Shown here piece after piece: positions 53,194-63,168 of a stretch of DNA of 64,000 bases. Each line of letters starts with the position of its first letter. Positions within the stretch are counted from its first letter, which is position 1. The translations under genes were made by a program, and so were the position numbers. The DNA is from a virus (lineage: Duplodnaviria; Heunggongvirae; Uroviricota; Caudoviricetes), in IMG/VR virus record IMGVR_UViG_2718217789_000006, one strand, 5' to 3'. The notes beneath the pieces are model-generated. The model searched no databases. It was not told the origin of the DNA and worked only from the letters and a program-made list of their open reading frames with translations.

Positions 53194-53727
53194 ATGAGCA
53201 GGAAACTCCGCTATGGTTTATCGGCTGCCGTTCTGGCGCTGATTGCCGCAGGTGCTTCTGCGCCTGAAATCCTCGACCAGTTTCTGGATGAAAAGGAAGG
53301 TAACCACACCACGGCATACCGTGATGGTGCGGGTATCTGGACCATCTGCCGAGGCACCATCATGGTGGATGGTAAGCCTGTGATTCCTGGCATGAAGCTG
53401 TCGAAGGAAAAATGCGACCGGGTTAACGCTATCGAACGGGATAAGGCGCTGGCATGGGTGGAGAAAAACATCAAAGTGCCGCTGACCGAACCCCAGAAAG
53501 CGGGGATCGCGTCATTCTGTCCGTACAACATTGGTCCCGGTAAGTGTTTCCCGTCGACGTTTTACAGACGAATTAATGCAGGTGATCGAAAAGGTGCCTG
53601 CGAAGCGATTCGCTGGTGGATTAAGGACGGCGGCAGAGACTGCCGTATTCGCTCAAACAACTGCTACGGTCAGGTATCCCGTCGCGACCAGGAGAGTGCG
53701 CTGGCGTGCTGGGGAATTGACAGATAA
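53194..53727 (+). CDS. R: SAR endolysin
   Basis: Near-identical to the prophage-1 endolysin. Confidence 0.85.
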   Translation: MSRKLRYGLSAAVLALIAAGASAPEILDQFLDEKEGNHTTAYRDGAGIWTICRGTIMVDGKPVIPGMKLSKEKCDRVNAIERDKALAWVEKNIKVPLTEPQKAGIASFCPYNIGPGKCFPSTFYRRINAGDRKGACEAIRWWIKDGGRDCRIRSNNCYGQVSRRDQESALACWGIDR

Positions 53728-54025
53728 GCAGAATATTTTGCTGAAAAATGCGGTTTGCTCACACGGACGGATAACACGAAATCCTGCGAACTGACAAAAA
53801 CTAAGTGAATAAAAGTAAAAACCCCGTTTGTTGGCTGCAAGCGGGGTTTTGTGTTTCCTGACTCTGGAAAAGTCAAAGGAGAAAGTGTGTTTGATTTTAG
53901 CAAACTGATTCGGGAGATTCGAGTGATGGCTGAAAAATTATCCACCTGGAAGTTCATTCTTATCTGGCTGGTGTTTGTGATTATGGCCTCCGGTTATTTC
54001 ATCGGTCAGATACGCTGGTGGTGAA

Positions 54026-54493
54026 ATGAACCGCGTACTGTGCGTGGTCATCATTGCCCTGCTGGTGGCCTGTGGTGCGCTTAGTCTGGGGCTGAATCAT
54101 TACCGTGATAACGCCATAACCTACAAAGAGCAGCGCGATAAAAAAGTCAGTGAGCTGGAGCAGGCAAATGCAACCATTACTGATATGCAGCAGCGCCAGC
54201 GTGATGTTGCTGCACTCGATGCAAAATACTCGAGGGAATTAGCCGATGCGAGAGCTGAAAATGAAACTCTGCGTGCTGATGTTGCCGCTGGTCGTAAGCG
54301 CCTGCGGATCAACGCCACCTGCCCCGGTACCGTGCGTGAAGCCACCGGCACCTCCGGCGTGGATAATGCAACCGGCCCCCGACTGGCAGACACCGCTGAA
54401 CGGGATTATTTCATCCTCAGAGAACGGTTGATGATGATGCAGAAGCAGCTGGAAGGGGCGCAGGAATATATCCGCACTCAGTGTATTAACTAG
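54026..54493 (+). CDS. Rz: Rz i-spanin
   Basis: Paralog of the prophage-1 Rz. Confidence 0.8.
   Translation: MNRVLCVVIIALLVACGALSLGLNHYRDNAITYKEQRDKKVSELEQANATITDMQQRQRDVAALDAKYSRELADARAENETLRADVAAGRKRLRINATCPGTVREATGTSGVDNATGPRLADTAERDYFILRERLMMMQKQLEGAQEYIRTQCIN
54261..54431 (+). CDS. Rz1: Rz1 o-spanin lipoprotein
   Basis: Embedded +1 frame, lipobox LVVSAC. Confidence 0.75.
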   Translation: MKLCVLMLPLVVSACGSTPPAPVPCVKPPAPPAWIMQPAPDWQTPLNGIISSSENG

Positions 54494-54516
54494 TATTTTT
54501 GTTATCCGGAGAATGC

Positions 54517-54741
54517 ATGAAGAAATTACTGGTAACCGTAAAGCCTTTTCAGGGAACAATTCCGTTCCGTATTTTGCAGCGTGGTCGTGTTCTTGTTGAA
54601 GGTTCGTTCAGTGGTAAATGTACGCAATTACACTCCCGGACCTTTCAGGTGAATGCCACGAATGAAGAACTAACCGTGGAGTGTACGATGAATGCCGCTA
54701 AATGCCGCATGGCATCCGCTGCATTACAGCCAGTGTGTTGA
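54517..54741 (+). CDS. Hypothetical small protein downstream of Rz
   Basis: ATG with GGAGA RBS; Cys-containing 74-aa product without signal peptide. Confidence 0.4.
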   Translation: MKKLLVTVKPFQGTIPFRILQRGRVLVEGSFSGKCTQLHSRTFQVNATNEELTVECTMNAAKCRMASAALQPVC

Positions 54742-54949
54742 GCGACCTTATTATCCATGCGCGGTATTGTCGCCGTATTCCTGCATTAACAGAGACCGCA
54801 GCCCGACAGGGAGACTCCTCTGCGCGAGTGTGCGGGGATAATCAAAAACGATACACACCGGGGTTTACCGCGTTAACGGAGCGCGGCGTTGTCCCCTCAT
54901 AGTCGCCAGTCCGGTGCGATGGTGGAAGAAACTGGATTTTGTTGCAAAT

Positions 54950-55015
54950 GATAACCATTATCATTTTGCGGGTCCTCCTGGTGGGGTGGGCCTGAACACG
55001 GGGCGGGCGGCGCGG
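54950..55015 (+). other. Candidate cos/packaging region of prophage 2
   Basis: GATAACCATTATCATTTTGCGGGTCCT matches the prophage-1 cosQ-like motif; followed by GC-rich GGGGCGGGCGGCGCGG, 145 nt upstream of the terminase small subunit. Confidence 0.35.
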
Positions 55016-55159
55016 AAAAAGGCGCATTTTTTGATTTTTATGGCACCATCACCACCAGTGTAAGTTATTGATATATAGAAAAATAAAAATTTTTAGTGTC
55101 GAATCTGGTTGTTTTTTGTTCATCACTGGTGTGTGTTTACATAATTTTCAGGGGGAGTT

Positions 55160-55636
55160 ATGGATCGTGAATTAAAAAATCTGCATCTGAATATTTCCCA
55201 ACTGGCCGCATTATCCGGTGCTCATCGACAGACTGTTGCGGCTCGGGTAAAAAACATAAGCCCAGCCGGTGGTCATGAGAGCAATCTCAAACTGTACCGA
55301 CTGACAGATATCCTTGCCGAGCTGATGAAAGCTCCTCTGCCTGTAGATAACGAGGAAATGGATCCTCATGCGCGTAAAGCATGGTACCAGTCAGAACGTG
55401 ACCGACTGAAATTTGAGCAGGAAACTGGTCAGCTTGTGCCAGTCAGTGATGTCAGGCGGTCCTTTTCTGTCGTGGTGAAAGCGATAGTTCAGGTACTGGA
55501 AACCTGGCCTGACCGGCTGGAGAGGGACAGGGGGTGGACCGCATCACAACTGAATGAAGTACAGATTGTGGTTGATGAGATCCGCGACACACTGGAAAAG
55601 GCAGTCATTGACTGTTGTGATGAGGCCGATATGTGA
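55160..55636 (+). CDS. Terminase small subunit (non-lambda type)
   Basis: 158-aa ORF with N-terminal HTH-like segment, immediately upstream of and overlapping the large subunit. Confidence 0.6.
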   Translation: MDRELKNLHLNISQLAALSGAHRQTVAARVKNISPAGGHESNLKLYRLTDILAELMKAPLPVDNEEMDPHARKAWYQSERDRLKFEQETGQLVPVSDVRRSFSVVVKAIVQVLETWPDRLERDRGWTASQLNEVQIVVDEIRDTLEKAVIDCCDEADM

Positions 55637-57756
55637 ATCAGGTGAACGAGAGCCATAGCCGCGCATCCGATATCTGGCGCGAAGTGGCCTCGCTGTTTCG
55701 CCCACCTGGCCGGTTACCAGTAGCGGAAGCCATCAGGCGTTATATGCGGGTTCCACGGGGAGCCAATACTTCCGGTCCGTGGGAGTCATCGCTGACGCCC
55801 TATATGATTGACCCCATTAATACATTATCAGCCCGTGAATATGACGCGGTGGTGTTTGTGGGACCTGCGCGAACCGGGAAAACCGAAGGGCTGATTGATG
55901 GCTGGATTGTGTACGGCATCATCTGTGATCCGGCGGATATGCTGGTGGTGCAGATGACTGAGACGAAGGCGCGTGAGCATTCCAGAACGCGTCTTTCCAG
56001 GACGTTTCGCCACAGTCCGGAGGTCAGCAAGCGCCTCAGTCCTTCCCGTAATGACAACAACGTCCACGATAAAATGTTTCTTGACGGCTCCTTCCTGAAG
56101 ATTGGCTGGCCGTCGATCACCGTCTTTTCCTCTTCGGATTACCGTCGTGTGGCGCTGACGGATTATGACCGTTTCCCTGAAAACGTGGACGGGGAAGGGG
56201 ATGCCTTCACGCTGGCCTCAAAGCGTACCACCACCTTTATGTCCTCGGGGATGACCCTGGTCGAGAGTTCACCGGGGCGGGATATCACCGATACCAAATG
56301 GCGTTGTGGTGGCGCACATGAGGCACCGCCAACAACGGGGATCCTGTCACTGTATAACCGGGGAGACCGCCGCCGGTGGTACTGGCCGTGTCCGCACTGC
56401 GGGGAATATTTTCAGCCGGTGATGGATAACATGACCGGATACCGGAATAACCCGGATTTTGTGGCTGCCGGTCAGGCTGCCCGTCTGATGTGTCCGCATT
56501 GTCGCGGGCTGATTGCCCCTGAGCAGAAACGCGAACTGAATAACCAGGGGATCTGGCTTCGTGAAGGTGAACGGGCGGCGGCGGACGGCAGTATCACCGG
56601 AACGCCACGAAACTCCCGGATTGCGTCATTTTGGATGGAGGGGCCAGCTGCGGCGTTTCAGACCTGGGAACAACTGATTTTTAAACTGCTGGCGGCAGAA
56701 GAAGAGTATGAGCGAACCGGCAGTGAAGAGACTCTGAAAGCGGTGGTGAACACCGATATCGGACGACCCTATCTGCCCCGTTCAGCCACGGAACAGCGTA
56801 AAAGTGAACTGCTTGAACAGCGTGCCGAGCCGTTTCCCCGGCGATCTGTGCCGGATGGTGTGCGTTTTATTGAGGCAACGGTTGACGTACAGGGCGGTAA
56901 AAATCGCCGTTTTGTTGTGCAGATCACCGGATACGGAGAGCAGGGGGAACGCTGGATTGTTGATCGCTACAACATCCGGCATTCACTGCGCTGCAGTCCC
57001 AACGGTGAAAGTCTGCCGGTTGATCCGGCGGCATATCCGGAGGACTGGGATTTGTTGCTGACGGATGTGTTCCATAAAACATGGCCGCTGGCTTCTGATC
57101 CGGATGTGCGCATGCGTCTGATGGCCATGGCGGTGGATACGGGAGGGGAAGCCGGGGTGACAGATAACGCCTATCGTTTCTGGCGTCGTTGCCGGAGTGA
57201 CGGACTGGGCAACAGGGTGTTTCTGTTCAAGGGGGATGGACTTCGCCGTGACAGGCTGATTAACCGAACCTTCCCGGATAATACCGGCAGAAGTGCCCGC
57301 CGTGCCAGAGCCAGTGGCGATGTCGCGCTGTGGCTGGTTCAGACGGATGCGTTTAAGGATCGTGTAAATAATGCCCTGTGGCGTGACACACCAGGGCCGA
57401 ACTATATCCACTTTCCCGACTGGCTGGGGCGGTGGTTTTACGATGAGCTGACCTATGAAGAGCGCGGCAGTGACGGAAAATGGCGAAAACCGGGCAGGGG
57501 CGCTAACGAAGCGTTTGACCTGCTGGTTTATGCGGATGCGCTTGCCGTTCTGCATGGTTACGAAAAGATCCGCTGGCCCTCCGCACCGGACTGGGCACAG
57601 CGGGAAACGTGGCTCGTCTTCCCGCAGGAGCGTTCTGGTGAAACGGTATCCCCGGAACTGACGGCCGGGGCAGAAAAACGCCGTCGCCGGAAGAAAAAAC
57701 TGTGGACGGAGCGTGCGGAAGATAATCCATGGATAACATCAGGAGGCTGGTTGTGA
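55633..57756 (+). CDS. Terminase large subunit (GTG start)
   Basis: 707 aa; Walker A VGPARTGKT. Confidence 0.8.
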   Translation: MNQVNESHSRASDIWREVASLFRPPGRLPVAEAIRRYMRVPRGANTSGPWESSLTPYMIDPINTLSAREYDAVVFVGPARTGKTEGLIDGWIVYGIICDPADMLVVQMTETKAREHSRTRLSRTFRHSPEVSKRLSPSRNDNNVHDKMFLDGSFLKIGWPSITVFSSSDYRRVALTDYDRFPENVDGEGDAFTLASKRTTTFMSSGMTLVESSPGRDITDTKWRCGGAHEAPPTTGILSLYNRGDRRRWYWPCPHCGEYFQPVMDNMTGYRNNPDFVAAGQAARLMCPHCRGLIAPEQKRELNNQGIWLREGERAAADGSITGTPRNSRIASFWMEGPAAAFQTWEQLIFKLLAAEEEYERTGSEETLKAVVNTDIGRPYLPRSATEQRKSELLEQRAEPFPRRSVPDGVRFIEATVDVQGGKNRRFVVQITGYGEQGERWIVDRYNIRHSLRCSPNGESLPVDPAAYPEDWDLLLTDVFHKTWPLASDPDVRMRLMAMAVDTGGEAGVTDNAYRFWRRCRSDGLGNRVFLFKGDGLRRDRLINRTFPDNTGRSARRARASGDVALWLVQTDAFKDRVNNALWRDTPGPNYIHFPDWLGRWFYDELTYEERGSDGKWRKPGRGANEAFDLLVYADALAVLHGYEKIRWPSAPDWAQRETWLVFPQERSGETVSPELTAGAEKRRRRKKKLWTERAEDNPWITSGGWL

Positions 57757-57965
57757 GCACAGAAGAAGCCAGAGAAATGATACAGCGGTACCGTGAAGCG
57801 GAAATGGCCGTACTGGAGGGAAAGTCTGTCACCTTCAACGGGCAGCAACTGACGCTGGAAAGCCTTTCTCAGATCCGCGCCGGACGTCAGGAGTGGGAAC
57901 GCAGGCTTGCCGCGATGGTGAGCCGCAGGCGGGGAAAACCGGGATTTAAACTGGCGAGGTTTTAA
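57753..57965 (+). CDS. gpW-like head-tail joining protein (GTG start)
   Basis: 70 aa from GTG with AGGAGG RBS; similar size and position to lambda W. Confidence 0.5.
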   Translation: MSTEEAREMIQRYREAEMAVLEGKSVTFNGQQLTLESLSQIRAGRQEWERRLAAMVSRRRGKPGFKLARF

Positions 57966-59467
57966 TGGCAATTATTGATGATGTGATCGGCGTGTTTTCC
58001 CCCGGGTGGAAAGCAGCCAGACTGCGTTCAAGGGCGTTAATCATGGCCTATGAGGCGGTGAAACCGACCCGGACACATAAAGCCCGGCGGGAAAATCGCT
58101 CTGCTGATCAGCTCAGTAAATACGGTGCGGTTTCCCTGCGGGAGCAGGCCCGTTTTCTGGATATCAATCATGACCTGGTGATTGGTGTGTTTGACAAGCT
58201 GGAAGAGCGGGTGATTGGTGCCAGGGGAATTATTGTGGAGCCTCAGCCATTACGAAAAAACGGGGAAATGGCGGCTGAGCTGGCTGCGGATATCCGCCGT
58301 TTGTGGGCTGAATGGTCCGTGAGTCCGGATGTGACAGGGCAGTATACCCGTCCTGTGCTTGAACGTTTACTGCTGCGGACCTGGCTGCGGGATGGTGAAG
58401 TGTTTGCGCAGATGGTCAGTGGTGCGGGAAACGGTCTGGAACGGACGGCGGGAGTGCCATTCTGGCTTGAGGCGATGGAGCCGGATTTTGTTCCCATGCG
58501 CACTGATGAATCCGCCGGACTGAATCAGGGGGTTTTTCTTGATGAGTGGGGAAGACCGAAAAAATATCTGGTTTATAAAAATTATCCGGTCAGCGGCCGG
58601 CAGAGTGATACGAAAGAAATCGCTGCCGGAAAAATGATCCACCTGAAGTTCACTCGTCGTCTGCATCAGACGCGAGGCTCATCCATGTTATCGGGGGTGC
58701 TGATGCGGATCAGTGCCCTTAAGGAGTATGAGGATGCGGAACTGACAGCGGCGCGTATTGCTGCGGCGCTGGGACTGTATATCCGTAAAGGTGACGGACA
58801 GGACTATGAAGATCCGGGGAGCAAAGAGACCGAGCGGGAAGTCCATATCACCCCGGGTATTATTTATGACGATTTGCGCAAGGGCGAGGATATCGGCATG
58901 GTCAAATCTGACCGTCCCAATCCCAACCTTGAAACTTTCCGCAACGGCCAGTTGCGTGCAGTGGCAGCAGGCAGTCGTCTGAGTTTTTCCAGTGCGGCGC
59001 GTAACTATAACGGCACCTACAGCGCCCAGCGGCAGGAGCTGGTCGAGTCCACGGATGGTTACCTGATCCTGCAGGACTGTTTTATTGGCGCGGTAACCCG
59101 CCCGGTGTACCGGACATGGCTGAATATGGTGGTTGCGGCAGGTCTGCTGAAAATTCCGGCGGATGTGGAGATGAAAACGCTATATAACGCGACGTATTCC
59201 GGTCCGGTGATGCCGTGGATCGACCCGGTTAAGGAAGCTGAAGCCTGGAGAATTCAGATCCGGGGTGGTGCAGCGACAGAATCTGACTGGGTGCGTGCTG
59301 GTGGGCGCAATCCGGATGAGGTCAAACGTCGCCGCAAGGCTGAAATTGATGAAAACAGCAGACTGGGGCTGGTCTTTGATACTGACCCCGTCAACGACAA
59401 AGGAGGCAACAGTGCCGGAACTGAACGACAGTATCAGCGCGACACCGAAAGCCAGCATGAAGAATAA
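57965..59467 (+). CDS. Portal protein
   Basis: 500-aa ORF between terminase and protease/capsid. Confidence 0.75.
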   Translation: MAIIDDVIGVFSPGWKAARLRSRALIMAYEAVKPTRTHKARRENRSADQLSKYGAVSLREQARFLDINHDLVIGVFDKLEERVIGARGIIVEPQPLRKNGEMAAELAADIRRLWAEWSVSPDVTGQYTRPVLERLLLRTWLRDGEVFAQMVSGAGNGLERTAGVPFWLEAMEPDFVPMRTDESAGLNQGVFLDEWGRPKKYLVYKNYPVSGRQSDTKEIAAGKMIHLKFTRRLHQTRGSSMLSGVLMRISALKEYEDAELTAARIAAALGLYIRKGDGQDYEDPGSKETEREVHITPGIIYDDLRKGEDIGMVKSDRPNPNLETFRNGQLRAVAAGSRLSFSSAARNYNGTYSAQRQELVESTDGYLILQDCFIGAVTRPVYRTWLNMVVAAGLLKIPADVEMKTLYNATYSGPVMPWIDPVKEAEAWRIQIRGGAATESDWVRAGGRNPDEVKRRRKAEIDENSRLGLVFDTDPVNDKGGNSAGTERQYQRDTESQHEE

Positions 59468-61436
59468 ATCCTGGTTCAGGATGCTGGCGGGTAGTCAGGG
59501 TGAGGCAGATATTTATATTTATGACGAGATTGGTTTCTGGGGAGTTACCGCGAAGCAGTTTGTCAGCGAACTGAATGCACTGGGTGATATCACCCACATT
59601 AATCTCCATATCAATTCACCGGGTGGCGATGTCTTTGAAGGCATCGCCATTTTTAATGCCCTGAAAAATCAGGGGGCGACCATTACCGTGTATGTGGATG
59701 GCGTTGCCGCCTCGATGGCATCTGTGATTGCGATGGCCGGTGATACGGTCATTATGCCGGAAAATGCCTTCATGATGATCCATAAGCCATGGGGATTCAG
59801 TGGCGGGGATGCTGAGGATATGCGCAGTTATGCCGATTTGCTGGATAAAGTCGAATCGGTACTGTTGCCAGCCTATGCGCAGAAAACCGGAAAAACCACC
59901 GATGAAATTGCCGCCATGCTGGCGGATGAAACCTGGATGTCCGGTGCCGAATGTCTGGCACACGGATTTGCTGACCAGGTGACACCCGCTGTTGAGGCAA
60001 TGGCATGTATTCAGTCAAAACGTACAGAGGAATTTAAAAAGATGCCGGAATCCATCCGAAACATGATTACTCCGCCACGCAACAGTGCCCCGCGTGATAC
60101 CACAGTGACAATCCCTGCACCGGAGGTAACAGAACCATCACCGGTACCGGCAGTGTCTGATGAGGCGACCATTCGCGCCCGCGTTATGGCAGAACAGAAA
60201 GCCCGCATGTCAGGCATTAACGATCTGTTTGCCATGTTCGGTGGTCGCTATCAGACGCTTCAGGCACAGTGCGTGGCTGATCCTGACTGTTCGCTGGAAA
60301 TGGCCCGTGAACGACTGCTGAATGAAATGGGCAAGGAGTCCTCGCCGACCAACAAAAATACACCGGCCCATATTTATGCCGGAAACGGCAATTTTGTGGG
60401 GGACGGGATCCGCCAGGCGATGCTGGCCCGTGCCGGATTTGAAAATGTCGAGAAGGATAACGCCTATAACGGGATGACCCTGCGTGAATGGGCTCGCATG
60501 TCACTGACGGAGCGCGGTATTGGGGTGGCCAGTTATAACCCCATGCAGATGGTCGGGCTGGCGCTGACGCACAGCACCTCTGATTTTGGCAATATTCTGC
60601 TGGATGTGTCGAACAAGGGGCTGATCCAGGGCTGGGAGGAATCAGAAGAAACCTTCCAGAAGTGGACCCGTAAGGGACGCCTGTCAGACTTCAAAACAGC
60701 GTATCGCGTGGGGATGGGCGGTTTTGGTTCTCTGCGCCAGGTTCGTGAGGGGGCGGAGTATAAATACATCACCACCTCAGATCGCAAGGAGACCATTGCA
60801 CTGGCCACTTACGGGGAGATTTTCTCCATCACCCGCCAGGCCATTATCAATGATGATCTGAATATGCTGGTGGACGTGCCGATGAAGATGGGGCGTGCGG
60901 CGAAGGCAACGATTGGTGACCTGGTCTACAAGGTGCTGACGGATAACCCGAAACTGTCCGACGGTAAGGCGCTGTTCCATGCCGATCACAAAAATATTGC
61001 CACCGGGGGGATCTCCGTTTCCGGACTGGATGCGGCCCGTCAGATGATGCGCCTGCAGAAAGAAGGCGATCGTGCCCTGAATATCCGTCCGGCCTTTATG
61101 CTGGTACCGGTGGCACTGGAGACGGTGGCGAACCAGACCATCAAATCGGCCAGTGTGAAAGGGGCGGATGCAAACGCCGGTGTCATTAACCCTATCCAGA
61201 ACTTTGCTGAGGTGATTGCAGAAGCGCGTCTTGATGCGGCAGACCCGAAAACCTGGTATCTGGCGGCGGCACAGGGCACTGACACCATTGAAGTGGCCTG
61301 GCTGGATGGTGTGGACACGCCATACATTGATCAGCAGGAAGGTTTCACCACTGACGGCATTGCCACAAAAATCCGTATTGATGCCGGAGTGGCACCACTT
61401 GACTGGCGCGGGCTGGTGCGTTCGTCGGTGGCCTGA
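59412..61436 (+). CDS. Fused ClpP-like prohead protease and major capsid protein
   Basis: N-terminal ClpP-like serine-protease region (…INSPGGDV…VDGVAASMASVIAMAG…), C-terminal capsid-like region; AGGAGG RBS before GTG 59412 (alternative ATG 59457). Confidence 0.65.
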   Translation: MPELNDSISATPKASMKNKSWFRMLAGSQGEADIYIYDEIGFWGVTAKQFVSELNALGDITHINLHINSPGGDVFEGIAIFNALKNQGATITVYVDGVAASMASVIAMAGDTVIMPENAFMMIHKPWGFSGGDAEDMRSYADLLDKVESVLLPAYAQKTGKTTDEIAAMLADETWMSGAECLAHGFADQVTPAVEAMACIQSKRTEEFKKMPESIRNMITPPRNSAPRDTTVTIPAPEVTEPSPVPAVSDEATIRARVMAEQKARMSGINDLFAMFGGRYQTLQAQCVADPDCSLEMARERLLNEMGKESSPTNKNTPAHIYAGNGNFVGDGIRQAMLARAGFENVEKDNAYNGMTLREWARMSLTERGIGVASYNPMQMVGLALTHSTSDFGNILLDVSNKGLIQGWEESEETFQKWTRKGRLSDFKTAYRVGMGGFGSLRQVREGAEYKYITTSDRKETIALATYGEIFSITRQAIINDDLNMLVDVPMKMGRAAKATIGDLVYKVLTDNPKLSDGKALFHADHKNIATGGISVSGLDAARQMMRLQKEGDRALNIRPAFMLVPVALETVANQTIKSASVKGADANAGVINPIQNFAEVIAEARLDAADPKTWYLAAAQGTDTIEVAWLDGVDTPYIDQQEGFTTDGIATKIRIDAGVAPLDWRGLVRSSVA

Positions 61437-61523
61437 TAACCGCGTTATCACAATCACTGCCCGAAAGGGCTTTTTTTATGCCTGAAAAACAGCCCCACAG
61501 GGGCTGTCCGGAGAAACAGCATT

Positions 61524-61850
61524 ATGGCGAAAAATTTTGTACAGGACGGTACCACCATTGAACTGGTGAATGCCGGAGATCAGACCATCCTGAGCGGTGC
61601 TGCGGTGGTGGTCGGCAGTATGGTGGCCGTGGCCATTACCGATATTCCTGCCGGTGAGGCCGGTGACGGTTTTGCCGAAGGCGTGTTCCTGCTGCCCAAA
61701 CAGTCTGCTGACGACATTCAGTCCGGCGCGGTGGTTTATCTGAAGGACGGGGTTGTGCAGCTGGCTGCAGACGGTGCGGTGGCAGCGGGGGTAGCCTGGG
61801 AAAATGCCCCTGCAAACAGCGCCACTGTGGCGGTAAAAATCAATGTCTGA
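61524..61850 (+). CDS. Putative head decoration or completion protein (Gly/Ala-rich, 108 aa)
   Basis: ORF directly downstream of the capsid gene. Confidence 0.45.
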   Translation: MAKNFVQDGTTIELVNAGDQTILSGAAVVVGSMVAVAITDIPAGEAGDGFAEGVFLLPKQSADDIQSGAVVYLKDGVVQLAADGAVAAGVAWENAPANSATVAVKINV

Positions 61851-62124
61851 TCTGTTTACGCGAATGTGTTGCCGGATGGACGTGGCGACCGTTCGGGTGA
61901 TGGGCAAACAGGCGGAGATTAACGGCGTCGTGTACGACGTGATGCCGGAGGAAGAGTCCGCGGAGATGGGGGCGCTTTCGGGCAGCCAGTTGTCACTGGT
62001 GGTGTTTTCAGCCCGGTACCGTCCGGCCCGTCATGATGTTGTTGTGTTTGCGGGGCGCACACTGACGGTGACCCGTTATGACACGTACAACGGTAAACCC
62101 CGGATTTTTGTCGAACAGGAATGA
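61843..62124 (+). CDS. Putative head-tail joining protein
   Basis: 93-aa ORF overlapping neighbours, immediately upstream of Z. Confidence 0.45.
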   Translation: MSDLFTRMCCRMDVATVRVMGKQAEINGVVYDVMPEEESAEMGALSGSQLSLVVFSARYRPARHDVVVFAGRTLTVTRYDTYNGKPRIFVEQE

Positions 62125-62750
62125 GTATGGCAATAAAAGGTCTGGCGCAGGCCATGAAAAATCTGGATGCAATTGATCGCCGTGCCGTTCCCCGGGCCTC
62201 TGCCACGACACTGAACCGCGTGGCGGGGGCCATTATTGCGAAAACGGCCTCTTCAGTTGCCAGGGAGCTGGCCGTTCCCCGTCGTCTTATCCGTGCCCGC
62301 ATCCGGTTAAGTCCGGCACGACCGGATAAGGTTTACGCAAAGGTTTACATCAATACCGGCAACCTGCCCGCCATCAAACTGGGGGAGGCCCGCGTTCGAC
62401 TTTCCCGCAGAAAACGGAGAAAGAAAGGACAGCGTGCGGCCCTGAAAGGGGGCGGCAGTGTGCTGATTGTGGGGAAAAGACGGATCCCGGACGCCTTTAT
62501 CACCCGGCTGGCTAACGGACGCTGGCATGTGATGCAGCGTATGCCGTGGGCATCATCATCCACCGGCGCGGACAGCAAAGGGAGGCCGAAACGCCACCGT
62601 CTGCCGATCGAAGTGGTGAAGATTACGACTGCCGGACCGCTGGCAGAAACCTTTGAACGTGAACGGGACCGGATGTACCGGGAAAAATTACCGGCGCAGA
62701 TGATGAAAGCCATGACGCATCAGTTACGCCTGGTGCTGAAAAGAAAATGA
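62121..62750 (+). CDS. Z: Minor tail protein Z
   Basis: Lambda gpZ-like, including the basic …SRRKRRKKGQRAALKGGGSVL… segment. Confidence 0.85.
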   Translation: MSMAIKGLAQAMKNLDAIDRRAVPRASATTLNRVAGAIIAKTASSVARELAVPRRLIRARIRLSPARPDKVYAKVYINTGNLPAIKLGEARVRLSRRKRRKKGQRAALKGGGSVLIVGKRRIPDAFITRLANGRWHVMQRMPWASSSTGADSKGRPKRHRLPIEVVKITTAGPLAETFERERDRMYREKLPAQMMKAMTHQLRLVLKRK

Positions 62751-62762
62751 CTGGGAGGGTGT

Positions 62763-63161
62763 ATGAAACACCGTGAAATACGGGCGGCAGTTCTGTCTGC
62801 CCTGAAAGAAAATATTTCTGAGAGGGTGAGCTGGTTTGACGGTCGCCCGGTTTTTATTGATGAACAGGAACTGCCTGCTGTTGCTGTTTACCTGACAGAT
62901 GCGTCTGCTGCTGACGAGTTCGTTGATGAGGGAACCTGGGAGGCGACACTGCATATTGAGGTTTTTCTCAGGGCAAAAGAACCGGACTCGGCACTGGATA
63001 TGTGGATGGAAGAAAAAATTCTTCCTGCGCTGGAGGCAGTTCCCGGGCTCAGTGCATTACTGCTGAAGATGAATCTTCAGGGGTATGACTACCGCCGGGA
63101 TGATGAGTTTATGATGTGGGGATCGGCAGATCTCCTGTGGAAAATTACCTACGAGATGTGA
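62763..63161 (+). CDS. U: Tail terminator protein U
   Basis: Lambda gpU-like (…AVAVYLTDA…HIEVFL…). Confidence 0.85.
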   Translation: MKHREIRAAVLSALKENISERVSWFDGRPVFIDEQELPAVAVYLTDASAADEFVDEGTWEATLHIEVFLRAKEPDSALDMWMEEKILPALEAVPGLSALLLKMNLQGYDYRRDDEFMMWGSADLLWKITYEM

Positions 63162-63168
63162 GGACGAT

